Shown here: one piece after another, positions 50,046 to 62,797 of the stretch | Layout of the letters: the number at the start of each line of letters is the position of its first letter | How positions within the stretch are numbered: the first letter of the stretch is position 1 | Assembly (NCBI GenBank): GCA_001179505.1 | Contig: CDMY01000228.1 | Coordinates: 1 to 64,000, forward strand | Reading direction: 5' to 3' | Origin: Vitrella brassicaformis CCMP3155 | Taxonomy: Eukaryota > Protista > Chromerida | DNA: 64,000 bases | Notes under the pieces: model-generated | The model's input: only the letters and a program-made list of their open reading frames with translations | The model's database searches: none | What the model was told of the DNA's origin: nothing | Translations under genes and position numbers: made by a program

Positions 50046-50972
50046 TCACAGCTCCTTGTAGTCGTCCTCGAGCTTCCCCGACATGCGGTCCATTCTGCCA
50101 GATAGACAGAGGCAACCAGACGCGCACACACGTGGGTGGGGTGGGCGGTCCCTGCTGTCGAAGTGAGTCCGTAGGATTTCTCTCACCTCTCGGTGTTTTT
50201 GATGACGAAGTATCCCAGGCCGATGGCAAATGATGCCGTCAGGGCGATGCCAAACACGATGATCTGCTTGCACAGCATACCCGAACACCGCACACACGTC
50301 AGAAATGAAGTACCTACCGGTGATTGGCCCTCCTTTGTCTTTGTCACCTGTACAAGGCGGTTCTCCATGCCAACCTGTTCCCACAGACTCTCGCCAGTCG
50401 TGATCTGAACTCACACACACATATACACAAACAACAACACATTGCAAGCATCCACACGAACTCTCATCCCAGAGGGGATGTCGCGCCCCTCCCTCCCCCG
50501 CCCGGCTGACCTCCTTGATGAACCAGGCAGCCATGGCAATCATGGCGGCCCGTCCGTTCTGCAACTCAGCGTTCCAGCCGAACCCGAAGTTGCCCTGACC
50601 CGTCGGGTTGATGCGCCACGGGTTCACATTACTCGGGTCAAAGTCATCCTTCTTGCCGTAGCCGGGAGGCGGCGGCATCTCGCTTGGTGCAGCTGCCTTG
50701 GTCTCCCCCTCTGCGGGTGGTGTCGCGAAAGCATCAGGGACGGCCGATGAAGACGATGGCGAAGATGGCGTGGCCTTCTCGGTCTCGGTGCTTCTCAGAA
50801 CGGATCTCGCCGCATGTCTGTGAGGCATCACTGAGGGCTGGGAGGCTCGTGAAAGGTGAAGTGGAGGGACGAAGGCTGATGATGAGTGCTGGGAGATGCG
50901 GCGATGAACTGCAAGTGCATGATGCGAAAGAAAGAGAAAAGCGAAGACGGCAGGAAGGGCTGCACGCTGCAT
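50046..50972 (-). CDS. Light-harvesting-like (LHC superfamily, OHP/SEP/Lil-type) protein with a bipartite plastid leader
   Basis: Signal peptide then SSSAFVPP; LHC motif FGFGWNAELQNGRAAMIAMAAW; second hydrophobic helix QIIVFGIALTASFAIGLGYFVI; last exon ...EDDYKEL*. Confidence 0.85.
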   Translation of the reverse strand: MQRAALPAVFAFLFLSHHALAVHRRISQHSSSAFVPPLHLSRASQPSVMPHRHAARSVLRSTETEKATPSSPSSSSAVPDAFATPPAEGETKAAAPSEMPPPPGYGKKDDFDPSNVNPWRINPTGQGNFGFGWNAELQNGRAAMIAMAAWFIKEVSRAGEGGARHPLWDESSCGCLQCVVVCVYVCVSSDHDWRESVGTGWHGEPPCTGDKDKGGPITGRYFISDVCAVFGYAVQADHRVWHRPDGIICHRPGILRHQKHREVREILRTHFDSRDRPPHPRVCASGCLCLSGRMDRMSGKLEDDYKEL

Positions 50973-51064
50973 TGTGCCTGGGGAGAAGGGACGGTGGGGA
51001 TGAAGAGATCTTCCGACCTGAGCTTGCATCTGCGAGCTTAGCGCCAAAAGGACGAAGCGATAAA

Positions 51065-53112
51065 ATGGAGCCAGAGGAGAGTTCAGCGTCCTCAGTTGAC
51101 AGGAATACCCGTCTGCGCCGTTGGCTGGCTGAGCTGCCGAGTCAGGGCCAGGGGAATGAGCTGCTGGCGCCCGACGTGTCGCCGCCTGACGAACAGGAGT
51201 GGGACGGGCACCTGGCTGCTTTGCAAAGCGAGCTGCAGACCCTACACATTGAGCATTTCATCAGACACACTGAGATTAGGTGAGGAAACGAAGAGAAACG
51301 GGATGAACAGGCAGGGGGCAGTGCACCATAGACGGTGGCCTTTGTCTCTCGTGCGCAGGCATTTTGGCTTTGACGACGCTTCGAGTGGGATTGTGGAGTA
51401 CGTGAGACAGATACTTGACGACCAGGTGAACAGGGAAAGCCGCAATTGTCATCCCCATCCGTGTGAGTACCATTCTCTGTTGTGTTTTGATTGTGTCAGG
51501 CCGCCGTGCTGGAGACGGAGCTGCAGATGCTCCTCCATCAGGTGCAGACACAAACTGCCACATCAGACGGAGAGAGACAGACAGCAACAATTCTGCCGTC
51601 CATTTCATGATTTCGTGGCTGATGGATGCAGCGTGAGATCCTATGTGCTCAGCTCAGGGCCATCGCAACGCTGTCTGTGGGCACCACAGTGTCCTCGCTG
51701 GTATGTCAGCTGGGATGCGCCGCATGAGTGAATGGCGGTCTATTTGTTGTGCCTTCGCGCATGCAGGCCCTTCAGGAGCTGATGGGTGAATGGGAGGCGC
51801 TGCAGAGACGGACGAGTGAGGCGCCGGCCGAGCGGCGCCGTCAGGAGCCGAACCTACGCTCTGTCAAAGTGGGTAAGATTGCTGTGCTGTAGTGCTGGCA
51901 TTCCGGCTCTTCTTCCGCATGTCTGTGTGATGTCGTGTTGCCGGCAGATGCCATTCTCGTCTGTCACGACCTCCTGCTGCAGGTTCGTGAGTGAGCGCGA
52001 GACACGAAGGACGAGTATGGATGATGTCTTTTGTGTCTGTCCAGATATTGCGTGCGGATAAACTGATGGGCGAGGGGCTTGCGGGTCTCATTACGGCCAA
52101 GGAAGAGCTGAAAGCAGCCATGAGAATACTCAACCACAGAGTACTTACTTCTGTACACAGAATGAATGACAGCCAGCAATCCTTGTGTGCAACTCGTGTG
52201 TCTCTTTCCTCCCCTCTCTCTCAGGGTGACATATTCTCCAAGCGCCGTCTGTGTCGCGTCGGCGGCATTCCCCTATTCCAGCTGGAGTTCTGGGAGCAGC
52301 AGCAACTCGACACTACCAAGGCGGCTCCCTCATCTGACAAGCGGCCGTCCTTCCCCCCTCCCGCTCCATCGGGCAGCGGCCAACTGGCTCTCGAAGGCAT
52401 CGCACCCGTCTGGCCGGCACCATTTGTTGAACAGGTGAGTGCGTGAGACACACACAGGACCTCTCGATCCGCGAATGGATCTGTGGTGTTTTGTCGTCGT
52501 GTTGTGTTGTATGTTGAAGAGGGTGGCGGTGAACAATTTGGATGCGCATTACTATCAGCTGCGGTATGAGAATGCGATCCTCAAGACCCACCTTGAGATC
52601 GAGCAGTGTGCCGCGGAGGAGCGGAAGATGGTCCATGATTTGTTCCTCAAGAGCACACAGGAAATCACCAGGTCAGCGAGACACATGATACACACGCAGG
52701 CGCTATGTGAATGTCGATGTCTCCACTTATCATCATGGCCGCAGGACGCATGCCGTCGGCACTCGTGAGAGAGCGCTGCGATGTCTGTCTCAGTGGAAGG
52801 CCTTCTGCCAGACAGAGAGGCCCCTCCCACGCATCGTCAATGCACTCTTCACCGAACAGGACAGAAAGGTGGCCGCAGGACCGACACACACAACAGAGAC
52901 CCACCCACACACCTTGTTTGTGTGCCTCGAGGCACTCTGCATGTGTTGATCGGCAGGATGTGGCTGAGAGGGAGCCCCCCGCTCCTCATCACTTCAGTGG
53001 CTACACGGATGAGGATGAGCAGCCCGTGCAGACCACTGATCCCAGCGAGTCGTGGGGGCATTTGCTGCCCGCACTCGAGAGGTGGACGCCCGTCTCTCAG
53101 ACAGATACGTAG
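51065..53112 (+). CDS. Hypothetical coiled-coil protein, multi-exon (3' end uncertain)
   Basis: ATG 51065; spliceable helical segments HFGFDDASSGIVEYVRQILDDQ, LDAHYYQLRYENAILKTHLEIEQ, ALRCLSQWKAF. No recognised family. Confidence 0.55.
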
Positions 53113-53254
53113 GAGGAATGCACTGTGTGTGCGTGTGTGGTCTCTGTGTGAAAGTGCTGGTGTTGGTCTTCATAATAAGAGCATTGACAATAGTATTGTG
53201 ACAGGGCCAATCGTTCACATGCAGTGTGAGCAATAAGCTTTCATGTCTCAATGA

Positions 53255-54159
53255 TCAGTTCCCCTGTGCACTCTTGTCGAGAGCTGGCGCCTTCGCATCC
53301 TGAACAAACGAACGACACACCAGCACACACACACACCCCACATCCGTCCACTGAAGGGCTGCATGCTACGGCACCAGCTCACTTTGTAGAGATTTTCAAT
53401 GTGTCTGTCCACAAAGCTGGTCAGCTTGGCAACGTAGTCATCATAATATATACGCCTGGAATGCGGGCCGAGACACACACGTAAAGCCTTCTCCTTTCTG
53501 TCTCTCCCACCCACCCTCACTCACTTACGCGGCCTCGCCTTGCTCCTTATCGACAGCAAAGTCCACAAATTCCGACATCTCCTTCTCACGCAAAGCAGAG
53601 GACCCCGACGCCAGATACCGCTTCATCTGATCAACCTCTATATACCCCCTGCCCTCCGGGTCAAGCACCTGCACCCACCCACACACGTGACACTGTGTGG
53701 TCATTCCTTAGTCGGATTACTCACTCTGAAAGCGGACAGGAGGTTGTCTTCATCGTCGGGGTCGAATCTCTTCTGCAGCAGACACCGCAGCATCATCTTC
53801 TCAAAGGCGTCATACGGCACCACATTGGACCCGGAAGGGCCACCGACACCCTCGTCTTGCATCTGAACAAGGACACAGGACACAGCGGCTATGTACTGTG
53901 CCAGTTGCTTCTGCATGTGCTCACATCTCTGAGGAGGTCTGCGACCTCCATTTCGTCAGGGAACTGACCGAGGTACCGCATTATGGTGCCCACCTCCCTG
54001 CGCACAAGACAGTGAGGCCATCAGCTCGCCCTGAGCACGGCGCCCCCTGTCCAAACCTTACTCCTGGAACACAGTGTTGATGCCGACTTTGTCGAAGTAG
54101 CTGAAGGCCTCCTTGATGATACTCCGCAGACGCGTCAGGCGCTCGCCTTGCTCCTCCAT
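53255..54159 (-). CDS. EFCAB2: EF-hand protein EFCAB2 / dynein regulatory complex subunit 8
   Basis: IIKEAFSYFDKVGINTV; VGTIMRYLGQFPDEME; YDAFEKMM; DEDNLLSAF; LDPEGRGYIE; RIYYDDYV. Confidence 0.8.
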
Positions 54160-54244
54160 GATTGGAAACCGAGACTGGGGGCGAAGGAGCCCACACGTAA
54201 ACACTTCGGGCTGTCGCGATCAAACACCCACAACGGCCGCCAGA

Positions 54245-54895
54245 ATGGGATCTAAGGGTGGATTGATTCCTGTGCGGTTCCTGGTGACATTGGGGCAGAT
54301 GCTGGGCATCATTTTCCTCCTCTACTCCAAGGCAGAGGCCGCCGGCACACCGGGGAGGATAGGGCATCCATCGCTGTCATTGTGTTTGTGGTGCAGGGTG
54401 ACCACGTCCGTGCGGCGCTGCCCTTTGACTACGACAAAGAGGAATACAAAGACGCCGAACGAAGGTAGCACACACAGAGGCCAAGCCCCACGGAGATCCA
54501 TCCATGGTTGCACTTGTGTTTCGCTGCAGTTTTGAGGCGGCGATAGGCTTGTCGATAGCGTTTCTCATTGTGGAGCTGATTGGCCTGCTGGCGGGGGTAT
54601 CGCTCTTCTTCACGGCCGTGGCGTTCGTGGACTCTCTGCTGCACGGCCTGGGGTGCGTCCTGCTGGTCATGTTCATCACCAACGAGTGGCGCAGCGAGAC
54701 TCTGTGGATACTTTTCCCTTTCATCAGGTGGGTGCGAAGGGGCCAGCACCGCACTCATGGCATGGATGTGAGCAGCAGCCAGAAACCCTCTCTCTGTGTG
54801 ATGTGATGTGATGTGATGTGTGCAGTTTGGTGCCCTTTGTGTGTGAGGTGTGGGCATTTGTGGCCGTCTTTGGGCTGCAAGTGATGCCATATTGA
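54245..54895 (+). CDS. TMEM107: Ciliary transition-zone protein TMEM107
   Basis: GLIPVRFLVTLGQMLGIIFLL; AAIGLSIAFLIVELIGLLAGVSLF; SLLHGLGCVLLVMFITNEW; SLVPFVCEV...MPY*. Four TMs, about 140 aa. Confidence 0.88.
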
Positions 54896-55402
54896 CGCGC
54901 CAACAAAAGACCATATGTATTTCATCAAACTAATGCACGAATGAATGCGTGTCTGTCCGTGCCAAAATCTATGCGCACTGACCTCCACATGCACACACAC
55001 ACACATATGCAATCGGCTGGCTGCGTCAGCCACATGGTTCTCCCACTGCCCACCCGTATAAGCAAGCAAAGCAAGGATGCAAAACATTCGGGCGGGCGGG
55101 CGGACACCAAATCGTGTGTCCCTCTCCCACTCCACTCGCGAGTGCTCACGCAACACGCTCACGACAGGCATGCAGAAACCAACCCACACGTCATGACCAT
55201 CCAGACCCGAAACCCCACACTCCCGAAGCAACAGAAACGCAGGCGGCAAGAAAGCTCCCTCCCACTCGGCATCTCGCCCTGCCTGCCGATCGTCCCTTCG
55301 TCAAGGGGACGATGGAGTCCGGTCGAGATGATCAAGAGAGGGCTGCCTTTCTGCCTGCCGTCCTCCCCATTGATCGATCCCCTCACTCACTGTTGGTTCT
55401 AT

Positions 55403-57271
55403 CTATTTGCCGTTGGCCTGTGTGTTTTGCAGCTGTGTGATGGCCTCCGCCAGCCGCTTGACGCCCACCTCGATGTCCTCGGCGCTGTAGTAGGAGAAAC
55501 TCAACCGCAGATACGAACCGAAGCCCTGAACCCACACATGACACGCCACACACATGACACGCCATGAGCAATACAAAGTGGCGGGGTGTGTGTGTGTGCA
55601 CACCTGTCCGAACGAAGTGCCCGGCAGGAATCGCGCCTTGTTCTTGACGGCAACATCCAGCAGGTCCGTCGACAGCATACCCTGCACACAGGCAGCACCA
55701 CAGCAGGGCAAGACATGCACACATGCGATGGTGATTTCGCCCTGTTCTCTGAGTGTGCGAATCCAATACAAGAAATACCTCAGGCAGTTTGACAAGGACG
55801 AAGTAGCCGCCCTTGGGCACCTCGTGCGTCACGCCAGCTGGCATGTACTTGTCCAGTGCAGACTGTACACACACACACACACACACACCACATTCAATGG
55901 GTGGTGGGTCGGGTGAGCCGTCGGTGAGTGCGTCCTTACACACCATGAGTATGTTACACCTCCTGTGCAGTTCTTCCTGCACGTAGGCCAGGTGCTTCTT
56001 CTGCAGTCCCAGGTCGATCGCCTGGTGCACGATGCCGCTGATCACCGGATTGATGCCCTGACACGCACACGGCACACACAGATGGATGGGCAGTCAAGAC
56101 ACACACATGTCTTTGTGTTTTGTTTGTCGGCCACTCACTGACCCCGCTGGAGTCGAGTTGTCCGCAGTCGATGATGGGTTTGAGTATCTTCATGGGCCCC
56201 TGCATCCACCCCAGCCGCAGGGCGGGCGCCAGGATCTTCGAAAACGACCCCAATGACACCACACGCTCCTTCTTCTGGTCGTAGTACGGCATCGGCAACG
56301 GACTCGGCACACCTGGTTGGCTCACCAAATGAACGGAGGAATGCATGCTTCCGTGGTGATTCATTGACTACGTGTGTGTGTACCTGGGAATCCGAGAAGG
56401 TGGTAGACCTCGTCTGCGCAGATGACGAAGTTGTATTTGTAGGCGAGCTCGACGATTTTCTTGCGTCTGTCCTCAGCGAGTGTCCTGCCGGTGGGGTTGT
56501 GGCCGATGGGGATGGTGTACAGGAACTTGGGCACCTGCTTCTGCAGCTGCTTCTCCAACTCCTCGGGAATGATGCCGTCCTGACACACACACACGCACAC
56601 ACACAGATGAGTGGGCCATTCACATACCTCTCTCCCCCGGGGTGTGTGTGTGTGTGTGTGGCACCCACTAGTTAGTTACCTCGTCCATGGGAATCTGCAC
56701 GACGTTGAGTTTGAAGTCCTCAAAGATGCGGAGCGCCAGGAAGTATGACGGGTCCTCGGCAAACACCAAATCGCCAGACCGACAGAAGATGCTGAATGTA
56801 ATCGAAAGCACACAGACAAGACAACACACGATGCGGCTGAGTGCACTCACTGCCTACGGGCCCCGCCTGTCTTGTTCTCCCTTACGTGATGAAGAGCGCC
56901 AGCCCGCCGGTTATGCCATTGGTGACCATCAACTCATCCGGGCTCACGGGCGCACCATATTGCTGAATACACGAAAAACACACACAAGCAAACCACACGA
57001 CACACAGTGACCTCCATGAAGCCGGCCCCTCACACACAACACACACAGACGCACCTACCTCAGTAAGGAATCCCGCGAGTGACTTCCTGAACTCCAGGTA
57101 GCCTGGGATGTCGCCGTACTGGAGAAACTTGGGGTCGGTTTCTGCGAACTTGGCGTTGGCGGCCTGCCGCACCAGGTCGAGCGGCAGCAGCGTGTGGGGC
57201 GACGGCTGGCCGACCTTGAAGTTCACCTCCTGATCCACCGGAGGCACGTCATACTGACCGTAGCGAACCAT
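55403..57271 (-). CDS. PLP-dependent class I/II aminotransferase (2-aminoadipate / aromatic amino acid type, LysN/ARO8-like)
   Basis: LQYGDIPGY; LMVTNG; FAEDPSYFLA; FLYTIPIGHNPTG; ICADEVY; PLP-lysine motif SLGSFSKILAPALRLGW; PKGGYF; YLRLSFS. Confidence 0.92.
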
Positions 57272-57518
57272 TGTCGGCAGGGAGATAGATGAACTTGCTG
57301 ATGCTGGAAGCTCTCGACAGCAGGGTTTCAGGGTCAAGGGCTTAGCTCGCGTACGGGCGGGGTCGTTCCTTCCCTCTCTCCCCTTCCTTCACAGTTCGGC
57401 AGCTGGGGCGACTCACCTAGCGCGGCCCCATCCGACAATCGACAGCCGCGGCGCAAAGAGTCATCTTCTGAGAGGTCTCATCTCGCGGGTCATGCATGCC
57501 TGACCAGCCCACCCATCG

Positions 57519-60500
57519 ATGCGGCGGCGTCCACAGCGGATCACACCCCTGTTAGTGGTGGCCACCCTGCTCATATTTGTCCAGCCATCCATCTGGCGAG
57601 GCGTGCGTGGCGAGGTCGGCAGCAAGGAGGAGAGGCAGCGGGGCGGCCGACGTTCCAAAGAGAATGGCGGCGGCAAAGAGCTGCTCGAGAGGCGGGACAA
57701 CAAGAGGACCGAGGCGACCAAACACACAGCACAGCAGCCGACCGCTCCCACCAACAACGTGAGCAACCAGACACAACGGGCAGCTGCCGACGGTGGCGGG
57801 GGTGGGCGGAGTGCTGCCAACAGCACCAACAGCACCAACACCACTGCCAGCACCAACGCCACTGCTGCGAAGGCGCAAGAAGCAGCAGCAAAGAAGAAGG
57901 CGGGCATCGTTGCCGATGACGATGGCGGCAAGATATCGCTTGAGGCGGTGATCGACCCGCCCGGGGGAGACCAGAAGGCCGAGAAGATGGGCCACAGGGG
58001 CGGCCGGCTGTTCAACGGTCCCATTCTGGGAGGCCGCTTCGACGATGACGGGCCAGATGAGCCGGAGACCGCCGCGTACCAGGACGACTACTATGCTGAC
58101 ACAGACCCTGCCATGGATGTCGGGCACAAGTATGACAGCCACTACACATACGACGACACTCATCCCATGCTGCCCGACCACCACACGTCGCACAAGAAGA
58201 TCTACTCGACCACCGAGATGGACGCCTACTACCCCGACGAACACAAAGATGGCTTCGACGACTACGGCTACGACCACAAGATGGACCACCACACGGAGTG
58301 GGTGGAGGTGCCCGGCAAGCACCACAAGGGCAAGGAGCACGTCTACGAGGTCCATCCCAGCCCGGTCCGCAAGACGCCTCCGCCCCCTCCACCCATCCCA
58401 GAGGCCACACCGCCCCAAGAGAAGCCCACAAAGAAGCCGAAGCCCAGCGGGTCTGAGGAGATTCTGGAGCAGGCCCAGCCGGCGTGCTGCGTCGACGCTG
58501 AGATACGGCAGTACAATTGTCCGTTCGCTTGCTGTACGGTCAAGGACGGTCACTTCGCTGACAAGGACGTCTGGGACTGCGGACGGGTGGGCAGATGCCA
58601 TGGCAACACACACGCCACCAACACACACGACACACACATGTATGCGTTGGAATGTTTCAGATTCCGAACGAGCTGGATGCGGCCTTTGTGCGTCACGTGA
58701 TCCGGCTGACCGACCAGGTGCCCCAGTCCTTCAAGACCGACTCACAGCAGGTGGACATCACCGTCAGGGCCCTTCACGTCATCAACTCGCAAGATCCTTC
58801 CCTCACCGAAAACGGCACCAAACCGCAAGTGGGCTTCCTCCGCGCCGGCCTGCCATCGGGCGACCTCTGCGGACCAGCCGACGGCGAGGGCGAAGGGAAT
58901 GGACGGTCCCCACCCCCTGTGTGCCCCGAGCAGCTGTCGGCTATGCAGAAGGCATTTGCTCGTCTGCTGCCCCCCGACTCGCCCACCGCGACGCCCACGC
59001 AGCTGTGCAAGGCCTTCCTGGGCGGCAGCAGCTTCAAGCAGACGGACTTCGGCCTGGCCTCGACGGTGTTTTTGAACATCCAGCCGGCACCCACGAGCAA
59101 CGGAACCACCCCGACGGGCATGGCGGGAATGGCTGCCAGTGCTGAGCTGGCCATGATGGCTCATGCGTCTCCTTCCGACGTCACGGGCAATGATGGTGGC
59201 CACAACAGCACCGACGCGAGCAAAGACAGAAGCACAAACACGAGCGACGCGAGCAGCAAGCGGGAGTTGGCGGTGGTCCTTGACGGCGACAAGGCCATCT
59301 CGATGGCTGGGGTGCACGTCGGCCACAGCAAGCAGTACACCAAGAAGAAGATCCTCCCCGTCCGCGACAAACAAATCGGCGAACGCAAGATCCGCACCAC
59401 GCGCAGGGATCCGCCCAAGCCACGCGTGCCTGAGGGCGCACCCGAACCTGCCGACGATGAGCCGCCCGACGAGCCTTCCCCCAAGCCCACACCAGCAGCC
59501 GAGGAGGATGTGTTGAGTGATGTGATAGGGGAGGGGGAGCCCGAGGGGCCGTCGGTGCTCGTGGTGGAGCTGGGGGCTGCACTCATCTTCTTCGGCAGGT
59601 GAGTAGTGGACAACGCACAGAGAGGGGTGGAGGAGGAAGGAGGGAGAGACACGACGTATGTGTGTGTGTTGCGTCTGTCTGTCAGTGTGGCGACGGTGGT
59701 GGAGGGCCCCGTGAGCAACCAGGGAGTGCTGTACATGGACGAGGCACTCGACCGGCCGGGCTGTGTGACCCAGCTGGGGCCCAGCCCCTGCCGGGTGCCC
59801 TCCCTGTCGGCCTACGGCAGCATCATCGCCACCGAGCCCATCCGTGCGCTGTGGCTGCAGATCGGGGTGGGGGCGCTGTCACCCCCCACTCGTGAGGTGT
59901 GGGAGGGGGTGGTGGAGTGGGGCAACGACCTGCCCAAGAACCAGTTCAGCCAGATATCCTTCTTCGGTGACAGTGTCGTGCAGACCATCAGGCCAGGAAC
60001 GGCATTCTCATTTCGGTGAGAGGTTGGGCGGAGGGGAAGGTGCAGATTAGGCACCACTGCATGTGTGTGGGTGTGTTTGCGGTGTGTGTAGGAGGATATC
60101 ATTCCCCTTCAGTGACACCAACTCGACGAGTGTGGCGGTGCCGTCAGGTGGGCAGAGTGCGGGCCTCGTCATCTATGTGGATGTCTTCGACACTGACGGC
60201 TTCGTCGGATGCTGCGAAGGTGAGTGGGGGGCAGACACATGCAGACGTCGCACGACATGTGTGTGTACGCCTTTGTGTGTGTGTGTATGTGTGTGTGGTG
60301 CAGACGTGTTTGTGGACGCCGTGGCTCAGTTCGACGTCAGCGGAGTGCCGCTGCGTCTCGCGAGATACCACAATCTGCAGAAGGACATCGGCGAAAGAAT
60401 CGGGCCGGCCGTAAGCAAATATGATTGAAACGGAGAAGCGCTGCGGCACTCACCTCACCCACCGCGTTGTGTTTGCTCCACCCATTCCCCTACCAGATAT

Positions 60501-60940
60501 CAGAGCAGGTGGTGATACGTGGCGACGTGATCGTCACCGACCAGTCATTCGCTGGCCTACCAGCAACCATCCCATCCAGCAGAGTCCGGCTGGTATATGC
60601 GCTTGGCCACCACACACGCATCTGCCATGCCATGCCATTCTTACACACCTGCCTTGTGTGTCCTTGTGTGTCGTGTCAGACGAACGAGGAGCGTCCTCAG
60701 ATGATCGGCGGCCCCAACCGAGACATCTTGTATTTCCAGTGCCGGCAGACGTGCACCATCACGCAGCAGGCATTCGCCAACACGGGCGGCGGACAAAGCG
60801 CATTCGTCGAGGTCAGCAAAGAGGTCGCTCGGGAGAGGGGCACGGATCATGTGCCTGTCTCTTGCTCTCTCTCTGTGCGTGTGTGTGTGTGTGAGCAGAT
60901 AGCGCTTGATCTGCCTCGCGACAGGGTCGTGTTGGCATAG
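57519..60940 (+). CDS. Large secreted or surface protein with a His/Asp/Tyr-rich tract, a Cys cluster and a globular C-terminal part; family unknown
   Basis: Hydrophobic leader ITPLLVVATLLIFVQP; N-x-S/T-rich linker; H/D/Y tract 58075-58365; CCVDAEIRQYNCPFACC; ORFs 58595-59602, 59606-60019, 60063-60428, 60425-60940 join at GT-AG sites. Confidence 0.65.
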
Positions 60941-61878
60941 AGAGACATCAGGTGTCTTGTGGCACGTTGACGAATCGCAGGGATGGGGGGTACAGGCAGG
61001 CAGACATGGGGGGGGTACAGGCAGGCAGACACCTTCAGGCAGCATGACCCATGTATGTGTGTACATATGTGTGTACTGACTGCACTTTGTTGCTCTCCGT
61101 TGTGTGTACATCGATCGCTACGTGTGTACGTTTTTTCCCCACCCACCCATGGCCACCCAGTGAGTGCGTCCATGCCATGCGTGTGTCGAGGTCTGTGTGC
61201 ACTCTGTGTATATGGCGCTCTCCTTTACTTAGCTCTCCCCAAAGTGTGTATCTCTCTGCACACACACACTCACACGCACATACATCACATCTACACATTT
61301 GTCTGTCCACACTTCGGTAGCCAAGTGCATATGAATGAGTGCCTAAGGTGTGTGTAGTGCTCGCTTTCTGTAGTCAGGTTGCGTACTCGTCTAGGTTGGG
61401 TGGTTGGCTGGCCGCTACAGCTCACGAGGGCAGAACCTCAGTGTGAGCTCCCCAGCCCCGTTCACTAAGGCTTTGTAGTCAGGTTGGTTACATAGTTACG
61501 CACGAACTTATGTGTGTCAGTTTGTGTTGCAGACAGGGAGGTCATTAATTGTGGATGTGGACAGGGTGCGTGTTTCTATATATTGGTCGCCACGCCGTGT
61601 GTCCGTGTGCTTTCCCGTGATTTGTGTGTGAAGCAGGACAGCCATTTCTGGACACGCCGACATGATTCATCCATCGCACACGCCAAACTGACTGATATTC
61701 ATTGATATTGATTGAAAACACCAGAGGGTTGTCATTGTCACCCAGTCGACCACTCTCCCTCTCACACACACTCACTCTCTCTTTCGCTCTCTTGACAGAC
61801 CTCATACCATTACACACCCACACAGACCTCTCAGCAGAGTGTTCCTCATCTCTCCCATCCCATCCAGCGATTTTCTAT

Positions 61879-62501
61879 CTAGCCGCGTCCCCTCCCCCCT
61901 CTCCCCCCTCTGAACCCCGCCGCAGCAGCGCCCCTCTGCCGCATGGCCTGTGCCCTCCTCTGTGCGCCCAGTCCGAGTGCCCTGCCCCTGCCCTTGGGAC
62001 CCACAAACTTGAACATGGGTGCGTGCCGCAGCATGTCGGGCAGAATCAGGAAACGGATCTGGCTGCCGCGGATGTACAGTTGCTGCACACAGACAGGGTC
62101 ACACGGACACACAAACAAGGGGAGAGGGAGAGAGAGAGAGATGCGCATGAGGGTGGGTGCGTTCATCCTGTCGTGTGTGTGTGTGTACCTCGAGTTGTGA
62201 CGTCTTGCCGTCCTTGGCGGTGACTGTGATGGACTCGAGCATGATGTTCATGTTGTCCTCGGCATTTTGCTGCACATAGACACAACACACCCAGAGAGAG
62301 CACATGCATTCTGCTTGATCTGACTCTCAGCGTCTGTCGTCCGTGTGTGTGCGCATCTGTGTGTTGCCTAGGAAGGACATCGTGCATGGCCTGATCTCCC
62401 ACCAGAATGCCTCTGAAGAGCTCTCCCGATTTGGTCTCCACTGTCACGGTGTGTCCGAGCCCTTCGTACAGCACCTTGATGGGAATGCCGACCTGCGCCA
62501 T
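61879..62501 (-). CDS. SNRPD3: Small nuclear ribonucleoprotein Sm D3
   Basis: [31 protein letters not shown]; [25 protein letters not shown]; [24 protein letters not shown]; RGG tail. Confidence 0.96.
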
Positions 62502-62797
62502 CCTTCAACGAACCGCTGCGCACCTCAGAATCCCTTCCCTCCGCAGGCTCAGCTCGCAAACGGTGTTCGACGGCCTAGGACATTCCGTAAAACTGCTCTC
62601 GCGGCTCTGTCGCCCCTGCGTTATTCTTCCTCACGAGGCTCTGCACCGTATTGAAGTCTGACTTCTATGCGGTGCAAAGGCTCTGCCGCATCGAAGTCAG
62701 GCTTCAATGCGCTGGAGAGCCTCCTGAGTGGGAATGATGCAGGCGCGATAGAGCACGCCGGGACCGCTGCTACTGCGACCAGCCTGATGACGCAAAG

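Noticed and set aside
57552-58637. 361-aa minus-strand ORF (also 8231-8995 -, 32244-33296 +, 58045-59145 +)
   Set aside because: Shadow or alternative-frame ORFs caused by GC-rich codon usage over better-supported coding frames.
61406-61457. SECIS element or tRNA
   Set aside because: No AUGA/GA quartet on either strand and no cloverleaf; I found no convincing tRNA or rRNA anywhere in the window.
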